A program made the position numbers and the translations under genes. The notes beneath the pieces are model-generated. The model was not told the DNA's origin. It did no database searches and worked only from the letters and a program-made list of their open reading frames with translations. DNA of 63,357 bases, the filler included, from Folioceros fuciformis (lineage: Eukaryota): NCBI GenBank assembly GCA_049999805.1. It is 14 parts of 14 records of this genome, joined end to end, with 100 filler letters (N's around TTAATTAATTAA, not from the genome) between each part and the next. Parts side by side here need not be neighbours in the genome. Positions count along the whole stretch, not along the records: positions 28,419 to 30,228 come from JBNGIO010006530.1; positions 30,329 to 35,819 come from JBNGIO010006531.1; positions 35,920 to 38,406 come from JBNGIO010006532.1; positions 38,507 to 42,012 come from JBNGIO010006533.1; 10 more parts are not named here. One strand, written 5' to 3'. Positions 29,775-42,012 of this stretch are shown here, in pieces (positions within the stretch are counted from its first letter, which is position 1; each line of letters begins with the position of its first letter).

Positions 29775-30181
29775 GCCGTTCCTTTCTGCTCACTGAACAG
29801 GTTGTTCGAAATGTCAGTAGGAACAACGTGTGCTCTCCAGCGCGACTATTGAATACCCGGCGCTGGCCCGGTTGCTACTTGGAGGTTTGCCAATGGCAGA
29901 TAGGTGGCCAGTGAGATCAACAGCGTTAGCAAACAGAGTCCCAAGATCAATTTCCTTTCAGTACATTAAGATTAATAATCTTTTTATGTATGTATGAAGG
30001 CTTAAGCATTATCGTACAGTATCGTTGCTAGTGATTCTCCACTCACTTAAAGCTCAAATGCATATTAATCACTTATGGGGATTTCATAACCTAGGTTAAT
30101 ATGGAGAAAAGTCATTTTGGACATCCACATGATGTATCTCCATATCAAAACAAATGCAACAACAAGAAGAGTTCGGATTAA

Positions 30182-30228
<47 letters not shown>
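30182..30228. repeat. (GATA)n microsatellite
   Basis: About 11-12 ATAG units ending at the contig break. Confidence 0.97.
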
Positions 30229-33200
30229 NNNNNNNNNNNNNNNNNNNNNNNNNNNNNNNNNNNNNNNNNNNNTTAATTAATTAANNNNNNNNNNNNNNNN
30301 NNNNNNNNNNNNNNNNNNNNNNNNNNNNTACACACAACCTCACCCACCTCGCCACATACCATCTACACACACAGCGATCATCCGCTCACAATGCACTACA
30401 AGGACTGCTATATCTCGCCGAAACACGAAGCTACCCACCTACCGTGCAACAGCCGTCCACCCCACTCAACAACCATCCATCATCAGCTCAGTCTACACTG
30501 CCCACACTGCTACACCTCCCACTATCCTCGCACAAAAGCCATAGCCCCTACCTACTGGGCCTGTTGGCGAAGTACCTGGGCGTCAGCACGTGACACGACT
30601 CAACAGTAATAGCGACCACCGACAACCTTCTTCCGCACGCCGCTCATGGATCCAACGCCCAAACTCATCAAGGCAAGCCCTCGGCCCCAGCTGGTGCCTG
30701 CCAAATCCGACTGCTCGGCTTCGGATCACCACCCTTTGCACCACCCAACACACGTACATGTTAACAGCTACTGTTAACAGCTACTGCTACATGTTAACCC
30801 TCCAAGCCTACCAATGCATTCCACACAGAAACACACCAACCTCGCCAGCTACCATGCCACAGTCATCCATATCGATCAACGCAGAGATCATAAGCTCGCA
30901 CACCATTGCCAGCAATCGCACACCTCCACAAACCACGACGCCCTCTATCACACTATCTCGCAACAAATGCCATTGCCCATAGCTACTCGGCCGGTTGCCG
31001 GAGTACCTGAGCTCCAACGCATCACAAAACTCACTCGAATCCACCCACAACCTCCATCGGCCCTGCACCCTTCGATCCCGAATGCCGGATAGCAACGTGC
31101 AGGGAGACTCTTTCTTGCCCAGTGTGTTCCATTTTGTAGGCAACCTACAACACGATTCAGAAGCTTCCGACCTCTCTTCCTCCGACCTTCCCAGCACTCT
31201 CGCCCGCTCCCCTCCCCTCCCCAGGCCCTGCCGCGCATCTTGGCATCTTTTCATCAACTTCCTGGACCCATCGCCGGTACGGCGCCTGTGCATCTGACAG
31301 CACATCGAAAACGCCCACGATAGAAAACAATTTTCTGACTTTCTCCACCCGACAAGTGAGCGGGGTGCGGAGAGGGAGAGCTACACCATCCCACCACCTT
31401 CCTCCATGACAACTTACCCTCACCTCACCAGCTTCAGGCTATTAACGCTTGCACAACTCTGTTCCAACTCGAGATCGTCGGTGAATTCGCTCACAGTCAT
31501 GCACTCAACCTTAGCACAGTGCGTGTGAAGGACATGGCTACCAAATGATGACGTCTGCAAAACGCTTTCCTGCGCCCGTACCACATGCCCTGACCCCAGC
31601 AACTTCATACCTCGCTCATAATGTGGGGACCAGTAAGTGATATTTCACATGGTGGCCTCCATCCACTGCACCACGACTTCGGGATTACCTTCTCCTCTCG
31701 CATACGACAAGTGTACAGGAACAGGAATCTCACAATCATATACAATGCATTGCAGGTTCCATGAATCTACACACAAGATTGTGTAGAAAACAAATGGTTA
31801 TGACGGCTATTGCTGGCACCACCTTCCTTGCACCACAACAATGCATAATATTATACAAAGACGTGAGTCAAGATCTGGGCCTTGGGAAAAGACCACGCCT
31901 CTTTCACCGTCCTTGTCCGCTTATCCTATTCAACGAGTGGAACCGAGCTGACTGACACCCTACGTTTGCCACTGATAGCAAGAGCTCTAGACACAGGACG
32001 ACAGCCTGGAGGAACCGTGGACGGAGGACGCCTTGAAACTCGTGACAACTTGGTGGCCTGATCCATCGTGACAAATTATGTCAATGCCTACCTATGCATC
32101 TCATCTCAGCAGCCTTGCCAACCTTCCTGCCCTGCGTGAAGCGCAGTGCAGACAGAAACATGAAGAATCAACATGGTTCATCAGACAGCCTTCTGTATGC
32201 AAGCCCAAGGAGGTTTTCTTATTCACGACTCAACAAAACAACGAACTTATGTGGATGTGTTAAGGATTCTACTCTGCAAGCATCATCGGCAAGCATCGTT
32301 ACAGAGACAGGGCACCCTGCAGCTTCGAATTCTCGAGCATGCACCACAGTCTGCATGGTGCCTCTTCGTGTGTGTGCATGCGAATGCACAGACACGAAGA
32401 GGGAGTTCTGGGTCAGCTGTGGAAATCAGGGTGAGCCACAGACGGACATCAGGTGCTTCTACACCATCGTGTCCGGAATCCATCCCACACCTCCAGTGTA
32501 ATCTGTCCCACACTCTTTCCAAACCAATGGGAACCACAAAAGCTCTGCCTACGACTTGAACCTGAACCGCCTTGCTACATCGGAGACTGAAGGTTTCGCC
32601 TCCTGCAACAGGGTGTGCTTGCCCTACACGTTTTCTTGGACCACTCGCATCCTGCTGTGGAAGAAACGTATAGGTGCACATACTCACCTTGTTTTGCATT
32701 GCTTTCTCCCTGCAAGCAAATCTCTCCTCACCAGTGTCTGCGTTCATGGCTCAGGAATGCAGTCACCACAGGCTGTCACTCAAAGCTAGAATGCATTTGT
32801 CGCTTGTGCTCTTAGAGGGAAGGAAATTACCCAGTCCCTCAGAATCTCTCACTCGCGCCTACACACGGACCTCAAGATTTGTGCCCTGCATCTCTTTGCT
32901 CTCGTCCTGCCACAAGAACAGTAACTTCTGTACAGTGTACGAGGAAGCAGCACACAATCGACTACCACTCATCCCAGCATTTTGCTCCTGGGACAAGTAA
33001 ATAACAGGTGGAAATAATATGCACTCTCTGAGCCTAACCCTAATTCAGCATTCCTACAAATCGGCGAGTGGGGGACAGGCAGAAGTTGAGTTTAGACTCC
33101 CGTCGTGGCCTGACCAACAAATGCTCACTGCTAACATAATTCGTGTTTGTGGTGGAGATGGTTTCATTTGCCTGTAAGAAAGTAGGGCGTCACCTGTGAA

Positions 33201-33335
33201 ACCTCTGGAATCGACTCAGCTCAGCACTAGTGCTTTGCGCAAGCACGACGGACTTTTCCTCTACGTTCTGTTCCTGCCGGCAGCTGCTGCCGAGCACAGT
33301 CGTGAAAATCGATTTCTTTCTAGGACGGCTGCAGA

Positions 33336-34446
33336 ATGCCGCGGCTAAGCTCAATTCCACGATTCATAATCGTCCCGTAGCTTGATCATACCATGCGGCT
33401 TTGGACTTGTGATTTTGTTGTGGAGTCTGGCATCAAGAGTGCCAGGTGTGGAACGCTTAAATTGCTGTTGCAGGTGATCATCATGATGAGGATCAGACCT
33501 GTGTACTTATGTTCAATGCGCCCTAGCAAACGGAGTCCAATCCTGACTCCGCTCTCGCGCTGGTGTTTTCCATCGGAAGGTCTCCGATGTTGTGCGAGGA
33601 CCTCACCTCAGGAGTGCCAAACCCTTGGCTCCACCACACATTGTGAATGCCGGTTGGGACTGAAATCATGCACGGGGAGGCCACGACTCCTGAGTCTGCT
33701 TACGAGGAGGTGCTCACTGGAGAGCGGGCTGGGAGTGTTGTGGTGGAAGCCGCGGAAAAGTACTCCCAGCTGAGCATTCAGGTGTGTTGCTTAGGGGCTT
33801 TGATCTGTTTTGGAGGCGTGGATCTTGAAGTCCTCTTTAAGATGCTTATCCAGGTTCCGAATCCAGACCATCTTTCGTCATGACCGAAGTATGCTTGTGC
33901 TTTGCAGCCAGACAGAAAACAAGGACCTAACTAAGATACCTCTAGTTGGCGGAGGGCAGATGCGGAAGAAGTTGTGGCGTGTTCGTCAGAAACATTGAGA
34001 GACGGTGGGGTGAGCACAACCAAAACGAGCTCCGTACGGGCCTTTGCTGCCTTCCTTCTGTGCTTAGCGGAGGTTGGTTTCTAACCTTGAACCATGTACG
34101 ATTGTGAACCGCTGGAAGCTAAAATCGTCTACAGTGGGCGCGCTAATCTGGAAGTGTTGCCAGCAGCAGCGGTGAAAGGAGAGGCCCTGGCTTACCTTGT
34201 GCGCAGGTACGAGGCGGAGGGAATTTCTCCACGGATTACAATCCCTCGTATGTGGTGGTTCTGGAAGTGATGCGGAACTTTTCAGTGTGCCAGGCGTTCA
34301 TGGGGTCATGGTAAGACTGATCAAACTATAATGCATGAGAAGCTTCAAACATTCTCTGTCCAAACGGTGCGCCTCACGGCAGTCTCTTGGCTACACTCAG
34401 GGGGGAGTTGCTGCAATGGCATGACCTGAATGCCAAAAACAATCCC
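33336..34446 (+). pseudogene. SPP: Sucrose-phosphate phosphatase pseudogene (intron-containing, 3' truncated)
   Basis: MPRLSSIPRFIIVP*LDHTM (normally PRLMIVSDLDHTM), DHHD...FNAP*, LVFSIGRSP, VGTEI, KIVYSG..LEVLP..A.KGEALAYL, SGSDAELFSVPGVHGVM, ELLQWH.LNAKNNP. Several stops and frameshifts. Confidence 0.88.
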
Positions 34447-35260
34447 ATTGCAAAACTCACCTTCCTTAATGCTTGCCTTGTCGTTCAGCCTGCCAGCAGC
34501 ACCATGGTTGTCTCCCATGATGACATATGATGCAGCGATGGTTGGGTCTAGCTTTAAGATGGCCTCTATGAGAGTTTTCCTATGTCCACGTCTCTGTGGA
34601 TCCGGCTCGCTCCCAGCAAAGACATCCACAGACTGCTGTCCGCCTGCGCAGGCAGACTGGTGATGAAGTCGTGAGCTTCGTCTATGCGACCAGACGGGCC
34701 TAACATGTCGGTCATGCATAAATAGTGGTCCATGTCAGCAGCCACACCGTATTGCTCATACGTGGCCTGAAAGAGGCGGGTTCCTTCCTCTGACAGGTCA
34801 CTGTGACTGCAAGCAGACAGTAAACAGACGAATGTGACCTTGTTGGGATGTACGCCCTCCCTCCGCATTTGATAGAAGAGCTGAAGGGCCGTCTCACCAT
34901 CTCCATACTGGGCATATCCGCCCATCATCGCATTCCAAGACACCAGATCCTTCTCTGCCAGTCCTTGGAACAAGGTTCTTGCATCTTCCAAACTCCTACA
35001 TTTTCCATACATGTCAGAGTGTTGCCCACATACACATCTGTGTCAAGGTCAGTCTCCACTGCGGGACTGACGTTCACTGCTGATGACAAGGGAGTGAACT
35101 CGTCTGCCCACATCCAAATCTTTCTTTTCAATGCACCTTTGCAGGAGACTGTCCAGGATGTTTGTCGAAAGACGAATGCCTTGCTGTTGCAAAGCTTCCA
35201 CAGCGTGGTTTTCATGTTCGAGCTGCAGCCAATCCTGGTCCCTGGTGTGCAACTTTCCAA
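34447..35260 (-). pseudogene. PLS-class PPR (E-domain) pseudogene
   Basis: LLQRC.EKKDL..GRRVH, DVYVGNTL, MYGKCRSLEDA..LF, DLVSWNAM..GYAQ.G, TFVCLLSACSH, HY.CM.DMLG..GR.DEA, W.SLLGA.RIH, AASYV. Pieces lie in different frames. Confidence 0.85.
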
Positions 35261-35919
35261 CTCCACAACTGTCATCCCGTCCCAATCTGCAACATTGCAT
35301 GCACAAGGTGGGGCCCTGGTCAGTAACTGAGCACACAGGAAGATGCACATCCAGGAATGTACTTGCCTCAACCCAATTGCTCCTTGGGAAACTCCTGATG
35401 CTGCCGTTTGCTGACCTCTAACTGCTTTTCTGCCATTCCATGGCCACCCCTTTGCTCTGTGTTGCGAAAGGTTGAAGAGTTCTCATACTGCCTGTCAGTG
35501 CTTACGTTTGAGCAGGCGATAGAGTGTAGCAGCCCAATCTGCAGGACGCAACGTATCTGACCGATGCTGCGCATTCCAGGTAGAACACCCTACAGTCTGC
35601 TTGGCTTTTCACCAATTCAGGATTTGCCATGAATTTCAGTCGTGCGAAGCCTCCAGCAGGACAGTGAGGCATGGGTTGTGGCAGTTGACAGTTGCTGATC
35701 ACTGCAGAGAACCTTCAAGTATCTGGACTTGGTGCACAGCGATGGAAGAGCGGGCTCACATGATCACCTTGACCCTAGATAAGAGCGCTCGTGCAGGACT
35801 TCTCAGGGTTGGACGAAGTNNNNNNNNNNNNNNNNNNNNNNNNNNNNNNNNNNNNNNNNNNNNTTAATTAATTAANNNNNNNNNNNNNNNNNNNNNNNNN
35901 NNNNNNNNNNNNNNNNNNN

Positions 35920-36100
35920 CAGCAAACCATACGATTGACGACTGAAGTAGCAAACGACACGATCGACCACCGAAGTCGCAGACGACACGATCGACCACTG
36001 AAGAAGCAAACGACAAGATCGACGACTGAGGCAGCAAACGACCCGATCGCAGACTGAAGCAGCCAACGACCCGATCGACGACTGAAGTAGCAAACGATCG
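35920..36100. repeat. 28-bp tandem minisatellite
   Basis: ACTGAAGTAGCAAACGACACGATCGACC-like units at 35941, 35969, 35997, 36025, 36053 and 36081. The array abuts the gap. Confidence 0.9.
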
Positions 36101-36226
36101 AAGACAAACCACACCCACGCCACATTAGGTGTGAATGTCTACTGCATGCTTCACCTTCCACAAAAACTGCACTATACGTAGGTGAAAGGTAAGTCTGAAA
36201 ACTCAAGGCGATAAGGAAATCCTGTG

Positions 36227-38406
36227 TCACAAAGGGTCAGGAGAGTGCTGGGTCTGACTCAATATCTCCTGTAGCACTGAAGCAATCCGCTCTGACATGT
36301 GGTGCTCGGTGAACAGCTCGTTAGCTCTTCCTAGTCCCCGGTCACCCAGTAGGGCTCGCAGCTCAGGCTCGAAGAAGAGGGCAGCCATGTTCTCGGCTAG
36401 GATAGGTATGCCCGCCCTTCCAACAGGGTGTAGAAACCCCGTTTCTTTGTCCACGACGATCTCTTTTGTGCCACCGGCTGCTGTACCCTGCATAACATGC
36501 GTTGCAGAGGGTCAGAAGAGGACCGTTGGATTCAGGTTCAGGGAAGGAAAGCAAGCACGATATCAACACTAGAGTACCAATACGGGAAGGCCAAACGCCA
36601 TAGCCTCGATGGTGATGCGGCCAAAGCATTCACCCCGTTTCTGCAGCAAATCGGATGGGAATGTGATGCAGTATTGCATAGACAAAATTCGTGTAGCACA
36701 GGGTGAAAAAAACCAGAAAGCGCGTTGCGTACCTGAGAGTTCTGCACCAGGACATCAGTCGCGGCTAAATATGGAACTACGTTTAAAGTCGTATTCACAA
36801 AATGCACTAGGTGCTCTATGTTGTTATCCTTCACATAACCATCAAGCTCATTCTCGTACTTGCGGGAAGGAGCCCAAGAACTGCCAACCAGAAACGCATG
36901 CATCTTTCCAGTGCTATGGTGTTTATGTGCCAATTCATCTATTAGCTTCAGGCCCGCAACAAACGCTTTCAGGAAAATATCTTGGCCCTTGCCTCGAGAA
37001 AAGCCTGCACATAAAACCTCCGCACTCAGGCTCACCATGCCATCCATGGGTAGAATGAACTATACTTACATAAGAGGAGCAGCATGTGAGCAGAGAAGAC
37101 TCAAACAATCTCCCGCGGCCGGGGCAACGCTGGTTCTGGCGACTCATGGGTGCATACTGTTGATTATTGAGAACACCACATCATCGTTGCGAACTCCGTA
37201 GCGCTCCCGCACATGTTCTCTGAGGAGCTTCCTCCCAAGCTCATTCTCAGCTGCCGCAGTAAGGCCTTTGCTGTTTCCAAGGTGTACCACGTATGTCTTT
37301 GGCATCTTCCATCTGCAAGAATCTTGCATGTATTTCAGCAACTAAAGCCTTCAAACATCGCAACTCACAAAGTGTACACGCTCAGTGGAAACCTATTCCA
37401 GTTCCCAAGCTTCCCATGTTCACATATGCCGTGTGCCGAGGATGTCGGTTACTGGAAGCTAATCAAAGCTCAAAGTGACCTGCATTTGTAGAAGGCAGTA
37501 AACTAACCTCAGTTGAGTAGCCGTCCTGTTTTTCCAGTACTCTGCTGTTGCATGGGAGTCAATCATAGCCCCTGCCACTCTTGGAAGGTATTTGATGAGG
37601 TCAGAGGAGAAATAGTGACCACGCATCTCATGGATCCACCACAGCACTTTAGGAAGAATGAGGTCAAGCTTGTCTTTGACCGTTGCATCAATCCACTTCC
37701 CGGCAACAGCTGTGTTGAGAACAATCAAATCAGCCCGCAAAGCTGCCTGCACAACATTTTCTTCTCTCCCTACGAGAATCTGCCCAACGAGGACAAGAAG
37801 CGTTTGTAATCTGAACCCGTCTCGCATACCAACATCCGTAACAAACCGGCCTACTTTCTGGTAGGATGGTAGCTTACTTGCACGTTTTGATCCCTGAGTT
37901 TGTCTTCCAAGGAAAGCGCCACATCACCACCATCGTTTCTGTTAGTGACCCACTGAACCTTGGCACCCACATCTTTGAGCAGCTTGGCCAGCTCCATCAA
38001 CAGCAAAGGGCCTCCTGCAACACACACGACCACATTCACACACTTCAATAAATGGTGGACCACTTAGGCTTCGGCACAGAAGCAGAAAATGAAGGGAGTA
38101 CCCGTCACAGAAAGCTCGTGAGATACGAGCACCACACTACGTCCTCTCATAAACGCAAGAGGGCTCAGCGATTGGGAAGAGCCCTCAATCGGGAGGGACG
38201 CATTTTCCGCCGTCAGACACGGGGACTGGAATTTGCTGAAATAGATTAGCAACGAGGTCAAGGTGAGAAGGAACAAAGCCCACGGCAAGCATGCGTGCTT
38301 GGTGGCGACCGCACCCGGCCCTGCCCCTCCCAGCAGCGCCTTGTGCTCCCCGTCTGAGGATTGCCCGTAGCTCGCACTCACTGCTAACCTACTGGGCACG
38401 TACGGC
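36227..38406 (-). CDS. GT4 (Glycos_transf_1) family glycosyltransferase, multi-exon, start codon probably beyond the linker
   Basis: TM anchor, VLVSHELS.TG/GPLLLMELA, LIVLNTAVAGKW, VLWWIHEMRGHYF, RGKGQD.FL, DVLVQNSQ, GECFGRITIEAMAF, GTAAGGT.EIV. Confidence 0.9.
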
Positions 38407-38506
38407 NNNNNNNNNNNNNNNNNNNNNNNNNNNNNNNNNNNNNNNNNNNNTTAATTAATTAANNNNNNNNNNNNNNNNNNNNNNNNNNNNNNNNNNNNNN
38501 NNNNNN

Positions 38507-39621
38507 CTGCAACCCCTGCCGATAACAGCCCCGTTCCCAGCAGCACCAGCCGAACTTCCTTCCCATCTCTGTACCTCATGCAGGTATCCCAGCCTGCTCC
38601 AGGACCTTCTCTGACGCCGACGGGTACAGCTACTTCCCCGGCAACTGCCAGTGCCAATCGGCGGCTACGGCCTCCCAGCAGAAACCTCCTCACTCAGAAC
38701 ATCGCCACCATCAGCATCGATGACTTGAAATCCGGAAGCCGCCCAGCATCAGTATCAGCGTCTGCGGTTAAGCAAACCTTTCCCCGAGCTCAGGCTCAGG
38801 GGAACAGCGGCTCCTCGAGGCCCTCTAGCCCGGGTCCGGACAAGCCAGGCATCCGGCAGTCCAAGCCCGATCTCCTCAACACCTCCATCCAGTCCGATCC
38901 AGGAAGCAAGGCCACCACACTGCTCCTCAACCTGGAGGCCCAGAACAGACTCAGCCGCGGCCAGCTTTCAAAATCGTTGAACCCCGACCAGAAGTTGAAC
39001 CCCGTCCAGAACTCTCAACCCGGTGACCAGCCTGCGCCGATCCCGGCCCAGCCAGCACCCGAGTCTGACAGAGTTGTGGAAGGCAGCAACAAGCAAGAAG
39101 TAGGCGACACGAAGGATCCAGAGCCAGCAGCAGAATCGGACGTGGAGGAGGAGGAGGAAGAGGCCACCGGGTCGGAATCGGGATCGGCATCCGGCAGCGA
39201 TTGCACCCTGTCGGTGGGCCTGTTCAGACGGGAGGCTCTGAGGATGTTCGGGGCCGGGGCGTGCAGGACGGATTCAGAGCAGGAGCAGGAGCTGCTGTCG
39301 CAGCTGGAGTTCGAGACGCGCTCTTTGAAGCAGGAGTCGGAGATGGGTGAGGAGGGCTCGGAGATCTCCAAGGACCTCCAGGACATGGTGACGGCCAAGC
39401 GCGGCGAGCTGGAGAAACTATGCGCTGCGGTGCCAGACTCCCCAGGCCACAATTCCGACTTCCACAGCGCCATGGTTGACATGATCCTGGAGAAGGACGA
39501 CATCAACGACCTTCTGGATCTGGAGGAGTTCCTCAACGGCTACATCTGCTTGCGGCCACCGTTTCAGGACGTGGTGAAGCAGTTTTTTGGGGACCTCTGT
39601 CAATGTGATGTCGTGTATTGA
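38507..39621 (+). CDS. OVATE family protein (OFP), likely 5' truncated
   Basis: Low-complexity Ser/Pro/Glu region, then a C-terminal DF..AM.DMI.E...DLEEFL..Y..L....V...F.DL OVATE-like domain. Confidence 0.75.
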
Positions 39622-39861
39622 AGATAGTGTGTAGGACGTATAATTTTTCCTCCTCCTTCATCCACCTGTAGAAAGGGCTCCGCGCCGAGCGAGCCCAGCC
39701 CATTTCTTCTGTTTCACTTGTTTAACTAGATAATTTTGTTCAGCTTATGGGAAGCTTAATCTAATCGTAATCGAAAAAATGAAGCGGTGCGAGTGCGCGA
39801 GCGAGTGGATGAAGATGGTGCGCTAACAGAGCAGAGATTGTATGCAGCTCAGGGAGCAGGC

Positions 39862-40900
39862 ATGGCGTGTTGTGCGTGTGTGAGCAGGGCAGCGCTGTGC
39901 GTGCCGTCGGCGTCGAGCAGCGCTGCTTTATCGGTCTTGCAGAAACCGCGGCTGGGCCTGGGGCTGAGGCTGAGGCTGGGTTGGGCCGATGCGGCTCCTC
40001 TCAGCTCCTCTTCGGCGGTGTCCAGCATCCAAGGCTTTCGCGTGGGCGTGAGCTGCAAAAGAGTGTCCGACGCAGGGGCCTTGCCACTGGCGGTGCGGGC
40101 GGCGGCGGAGGCCTCCGTCGCCGATGGCACTGTGGAGAGGTTCCGCCTCTCCAACCTGTCTCCCCAGCCGGGATCCCGGAAGAGGAACAAGAGGAAGGGG
40201 CGTGGTATTGCAGCTGGCCAGGGTGCGAGCTGCGGGTTTGGTATGAGGGGGCAGAAATCCAGGTCAGGGTCGGGAGTACGGCCAGGGTTTGAAGGAGGCC
40301 AGATGCCTCTTTACCGGAGACTTCCCAAGCTGAGGGGGATAGCAGGAGGTGAGGATTTGGCAGACAATGTGATTGCGGTTTTCTGGAATGGGCTGTGCGT
40401 TGAGGTTCTACCTCTGGAGCTGATATCCGACGGTTGTGGTTCCTGCAGGCATGGGTGCTGGGCTTCCGAAGTATGTGGCGGTGAATCTGTCTGATATCGC
40501 TAGCCTAGATTTCCAGGAAGGGGAGGAGGTGTCTCTTGAGATACTGAAGGAGAAGGGCCTCATCAACCCTAGCGGCAGGGAGCGGAAGCTGCCGTTGAAG
40601 GTATAGGTCTTGGATCCCGCATGTTGTGTGAATGAATTGCGGTAGGAGATTGCCGTGGACTCAGCTTGTCGCTGTGGGTTTTAGGTTTTGGGAGACGGGG
40701 AATTGGATGTGAAGCTGTCCATAAAGGCAGCAAAGTTCTCGGACTCGGCGAAGTCGAAGCTGGAAGCACTAGGATGCACCCTCGAAGTGCTACCTGGGAA
40801 GAAGAAATTCCTACCAGCAACAGCCGTGAAGAGATTGGCCCGGACAGATGCCTTCTTTGCCAGGAATCGAGCTGAAGCTGCCGCTGCGGGTAATTCGTAG
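39862..40900 (+). CDS. RPL15: Plastid 50S ribosomal protein L15, three exons
   Basis: Transit peptide, [68 protein letters not shown]. Confidence 0.95.
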
Positions 40901-41629
40901 TATGTACCGCTGATGATATTGTCGTCGCTGCCCAAAATACTGGGTCAGGGAAGGTCTTGCGATGCTAAATGGTCAGTGAATGCAAGTCACTGGAAGGATT
41001 TCGTCTACCAACCACCCGAGGATAGGTGATCGTCTTGTAAATTTCTGGCATTCGGGCGCAGCCACGTTCTGCCGTGGCTATCCCAAATCATTTTTTGTGC
41101 CTATGACAACGGGCCGTGGAAGTGGAACTATCCATAGTTGCCGTCGAGTGCCAACGGTTTCCTTTCACCCTGTTCGTGCGACCTCGGAAGCAGATCTGCT
41201 CGTGTTTAATGGAAGCTGAGGTCCAGGGTCCAGTTTAGGAGAGCTTTTCGTCCGGTATCAGATAGGAAGGCTAGAAGGAGACTGTCTAGCCTTGCCCTGT
41301 CTGTGTGCATCGTTGCTATCGTCTGGATGCGATCTGCGAAGCGTGTGTGCTTGATGAAGATCCTGTGAAACTTGGACACGAAGTGTTTTCAAGGTGTGCA
41401 GAGTCCCGGTGAATTGTTGTCTTCGCTATGTCCTAAAACTTCATCTAACAGGCCTGGAACACACTCTAAGTAATTTCCAAGGCTCACAATTCTTCTAATC
41501 CTCCATAGATTCGTATTGGCTTGATTAACATTCTTATGTCCATACTGCATGTAGAGTAATGAAGAAGCAACTATGGACATAAGAGTAAGCAAGGATGGAG
41601 GATGGAGTGGCTTAGCTGTGGAGTATAAA

Positions 41630-42012
41630 TAGGCCATGTTAGGCCTTAGGGTCTTGAGGATAGGCCTTAGGGTCTTGAGGATATAGAGAGATAGAGGTAG
41701 ACAGTAAGAGGTCTAGTCTTTGAGGCATAGCTGGGGAAGGCTTGAGAGCAAGCTTGTCAGATTGAGTCTAGAGCAGTAGCCAGAGGGGTGTAGATCGCCA
41801 GACTCTCTTACAACAGTAGCCAGAGGGGTGTAGATCGCCAGACTCTCTTTTGTAAGTATTTGGAATGAAGAGCAACACCTAAAGGAGGGTGGTCTAAGAG
41901 TCGGTCTACGAGTCGTGTGAGTCGTCAGCGGACGGCGGGCTACTTGAGCCTTGTGCTGAGTCGTCAGTGGACGGCGGGCTACTTGGAGCCTTGTGCTGAG
42001 TCGTGTGAGAGG
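41630..42012. repeat. Cluster of short direct duplications, LTR-like
   Basis: Three duplicated units: taggccttagggtcttgagga x2, cagtagccagaggggtgtagatcgccagactctctt x2, gagtcgtcag.ggacggcgggctactt..gccttgtgct x2. Confidence 0.55.

Noticed and set aside
30329..33000. Possible retroelement or PPR relic ORFs (e.g. EFCDALELRY, GRWWDG)
   Set aside because: Only isolated short resemblances, with no motif series that supports a family call.
33378..33536. SPP stop codons as targets of U-to-C editing or readthrough
   Set aside because: This is a nuclear gene with several frameshifts and a damaged splice donor, and editing TAG would not restore Asp or Trp.
35920..36100. 28-bp repeats as CRISPR or as a coding repeat
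   Set aside because: The units are head to tail with no spacers, and the period is not a multiple of 3.
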